Shown here: positions 59,566-64,000 of the stretch, piece after piece
Layout: each line of letters starts with the position of its first letter
Numbering within the stretch: position 1 is the first letter of the stretch
Assembly (NCBI GenBank): GCA_965197935.1
Contig: CBDAOD010000002.1
Span: 1,154,849 to 1,218,848 of the forward strand
Direction of reading: 5' to 3'
Source: Vicinamibacterales bacterium
Lineage (GTDB): Bacteria > Acidobacteriota > Vicinamibacteria > Vicinamibacterales > CAZQMT01
Length of the DNA: 64,000 bases
The notes under the pieces: model-generated
What the model was told of the DNA's origin: nothing
Databases searched by the model: none
Seen by the model: only the letters and a program-made list of their open reading frames with translations
Program-made: the position numbers and the translations under genes

Positions 59566-62543
59566 GTGATGGCCGAACGCCCTCCCGCTGGCGCGCGCGC
59601 GATCTCGATCCGGGGCGCCAGGACCCACAACCTCCAGCGCATTGATCTCGATCTGCCCGCGCGGCGGCTGATCGTCGTGACCGGCGTGAGCGGCTCGGGC
59701 AAGTCGTCGCTCGCCTTCGACACGATCTATGCCGAGGGTCAGCGCCGCTACGTGGAGTCGCTGTCCGCCTATGCGCGGCAGTTCCTCGAGCGGATGCCGA
59801 AACCGGACGTCGACCGCATCGAAGGCATCTGCCCGGCGATCGCGATTCGACAGAAGAACAGCCATCGCAATCCGCGATCGACCGTCGGGACGACGACCGA
59901 GATTCACGACTACCTCCGCCTCCTCTTCGCGCGCATCGGTCGCACGGTCTGTCGGGGCTGCGGCCAGGAGGTCGTTCGGGAGACGGCGGAGGTCGTGGCC
60001 CAGCGTTTGGGGGCGCTGCCGGCGGGCACCCGGCTGTTGCTCGGCTTCGAGATGCCGGTCGTGGCGGTGCTCGAGACGCCCGCGGCTGGCGTGTCCGAGG
60101 GCTCCGAGGAGAGCGGGTCGGGTGGGAACGGGAACGCCGGCGCGGCCAACGCGCCCGACACGTCCACGGCGGCGCTGCCCCTGGGCGCGGCCGACCCACT
60201 GCCAGAGCCGGCGCTCGATGCGGTGGCCGCCACACTACAGTCGCTGCGCCGGAAGGGCTTCGGGCGGCTGGTGGTCTCCAGTCGCGCGGTCTCGCTCGAC
60301 GACGTAGATCCGGGCGCGCTCGGAGAGCGCCCGGTGCTCCAGGTGGTCGTCGACCGGGTGAAGGTCGGGAGCGACACGCGTACTCGCGTCACCGACTCGA
60401 TCGAGACGGCGTATCTCGAGGGCGGCGGCTCGGCTTTCGCCCTGGAGGTTGCGGAGGACGCCGGGAATCGGCCGCCGACACGGCATCGCTTCAGCGAGCG
60501 GTTCGAATGCCGGCCGTGCGGGATCCTGTACGAGATCCCGCAGCCCAGGCTCTTCTCGTTCAACAACCCCTTTGGGGCGTGTGCGACCTGTCACGGCTTC
60601 GGCAACGTGATCCGCCTGGACATGGATCTCGTCGTGCCGGATTCCACCAAGTCGATTCAGCACAACGCCATCGAGCCGTGGAGCAAGCCGCACTATCGCG
60701 CGCATCTCGCGACCCTCAAGCGGGCGGCGAAGCCACACGGAGTTCGCCTGCACGTGCCCTGGGCCGAGCTGACCGAGGAGGAGCGCCGCTTCGTCGTCGA
60801 GGGCGACGGCGGGGACTACCGCGGCATCGAGGGGTTCTTCGAGTGGCTTGAGCGGAAGAAATACAAGGTGCACGTCCGGGTGTTTCTGAGCCGATACCGG
60901 AGCTATCTGACCTGCCCGGAGTGCGGCGGCGTTCGGCTCCGTCGCGAGGCGCGCGACGTCCAGGTGGGCGGGCGGACCATCGACGCGATCTGTAGCCTGA
61001 CGGTGCGTGAGGCGTCGCGGTTCTTCTCGGAGCTCGCGTTCACGGAGAGCGAGACGGTCATCGCGGCGAAGATCCTGCACGAGGTGCGACGCCGGCTGTC
61101 CTTCCTCTCCGACGTGGGGCTCGACTACCTGACGCTGGACCGGTTGTCCTCGACGCTGTCCGGTGGGGAATCGCAGCGTATCAACCTGGCGACGTCGCTC
61201 GGCGCCGCCTTGGTTGGCACGCTGTACGTGCTCGACGAGCCGTCCGTCGGATTGCATCCGCGGGACAACCAGCGGCTGATCGCGATCCTGCGCCAGCTGC
61301 GCGACCAGGGCAATACCGTCCTGGTGGTGGAGCACGATGCCGACATGATCCGGGTCGCGGACTACCTCGTCGATCTGGGTCTGGGAGCCGGGGAGCAGGG
61401 TGGCCGGGTCGTGTACGCCGGTCCGCCCGAGGGGCTCCTGCGCGAGCCGCGTTCGCTCACGGCGAAGTACCTGCGCGACGAGCTGGCGATCCCGGTGCCC
61501 GCCAAGCGCCGCCGCGGCTCGGGGCAGACGCTACAGCTGCTCGGCGCCCGTGAGCACAACCTGAAGGACATCGATGTCGACATTCCGCTGAATACCCTGA
61601 CCTGTATCACCGGGGTCAGTGGGTCGGGCAAGTCAACCCTGGTCCACGACGTGCTGTACGCGGCGATCAAGCGGATCAAGGGGCAGTGGGACCGGCGCGT
61701 GGGCGTCCACGAAGCCATCGAGGGGACGCAGTTGCTGAGCGACGTCGTGCTCGTCGATCAGGCGCCGATCGGCCGGACACCGCGCTCGAATCCGATCACC
61801 TATCTCAAGGCGTTCGACCCGGTCCGCGCGCTCTTCGCGTCGACGAAGGATGCGCGCTCCCGCGGTTTCACGGCGAGCCACTTCTCGTTCAACGTGCCGG
61901 GCGGCCGCTGCGATGCGTGCGAGGGCGAAGGTCAGATCAAGGTGGAGATGCAGTTCCTGGCCGACGTCTTCGTGCCCTGCGAGCACTGTGACGGCAAGCG
62001 GTTCAAGCCGCAGGTGCTCGAGGTCCGATTCCGGGGGCGCGGCATCGACCAGGTGCTCGACATGACGGTACGGGAGGCGCTGGCGTTCTTCAGCACCGCG
62101 CCCAAGGTGTTGCGCCGCTTGCACCTGCTCGACGAGATCGGGCTCGGCTATCTGCGACTGGGTCAGCCGGCGACCACGCTGTCGGGCGGGGAGGCCCAGC
62201 GCATCAAAATCGCGGCCCACCTGGCGTCTCGTGGCGGGGACCGCATTCTCTACATCCTCGACGAGCCGACCACCGGCCTACACTTCGACGACATCGCCAA
62301 GCTGCTTGCGGCGTTCAAGAAGCTGCTGCAGGCTGGTCACAGCCTCGTGGTCATCGAGCACAATCTCGACGTGATCAAGACGGCCGACTGGATCATCGAT
62401 CTGGGCCCCGAGGGCGGCGAGGAAGGCGGCCGGGTGGTCACGGCTGGCACGCCCGAGCAGGTGGCGCTCGTCGAGTCCTCCCACACCGGCCGATTTCTAC
62501 AGGCCGTCCTGGCGAGCGGTCGGGCGCATGCCTACGCGGGCGG

Positions 62544-62547
<4 letters not shown>
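59566..62547 (+). CDS. uvrA: Excinuclease ABC subunit A (UvrA paralog)
   Basis: [43 protein letters not shown], Zn-finger Cys pairs. Confidence 0.93.
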
Positions 62548-63739
<1,192 letters not shown>

Positions 63740-63743
<4 letters not shown>

Positions 63744-64000
63744 GTTACCTCGACCCGGCGCGCCCCGGACCGGGTCGCCTTGGGAATCGTGATCGCGAGG
63801 ACACCCTCGCGCATGTCCGCCTGGATCCGGCCGGTCTCGACGGCCTGCGGAAAGGAGAAGGTGCGCGAGACCGTGCCGTAGCCCGTTTCGATCTGGTGAT
63901 ACTGCTCCGCATGGTAAGCGGGCTTCGGGCGCCGGCCGAGCACGGTCAGCCGGCCGTCGCGCACGCTGATCTCGATGTCCTCGCGCGCCAACCCCGGGAA
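63740..64000 (-). CDS. Hsp20/alpha-crystallin family protein, 5' partial
   Basis: PGLAREDIEI...YGTVSRTFSFP...MREGVLAITIPK. Confidence 0.85.

Noticed and set aside
57276-59645. 789-aa ORF starting across the att site
   Set aside because: Arg/Gly/Pro-rich off-frame read-through overlapping the PAP2 and PepSY genes; its start translates tRNA sequence.

Overview
GC-rich bacterial chromosome segment. The right end (57.5-64 kb) holds ordinary host genes: PAP2 phosphatase, PepSY-TM protein, a UvrA paralog, HtrA and Hsp20. An Acidobacteria/Vicinamibacteria-like host is my impression only. The rest is two adjoining, partly decayed integrative islands at a tRNA-Thr(CGT)/tRNA-Arg(TCT) pair. Island 1 (about 23.7-57.3 kb) is bounded by a 40-bp direct repeat of the 5' half of tRNA-Thr, with CTGCCAGCC arm-like repeats at both ends. 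It carries integrase and T4SS remnants, VirD4, VirB11, ArdC, HigBA, a type I/IIG-like RM pair, McrBC, a large STAND ATPase with a C-terminal nuclease, IS-disrupted Mrr and helicase genes, and three identical 158-bp non-autonomous IS200/IS605-type elements. Island 2 (left of tRNA-Arg, running off the window) holds a second decayed copy of the conjugation module, a truncated SNF2 helicase, a Ku remnant, and an rloC-like gene hit by ISL3 and by a 460-bp MITE. The most striking feature is an intact, fully overlapping six-gene operon in which a Shango-type trio (TerB-domain protein, DUF2791-type ATPase, Lhr-like helicase) runs directly into recC-recB-recD. All calls come from reading motifs by eye; no database searches were run.
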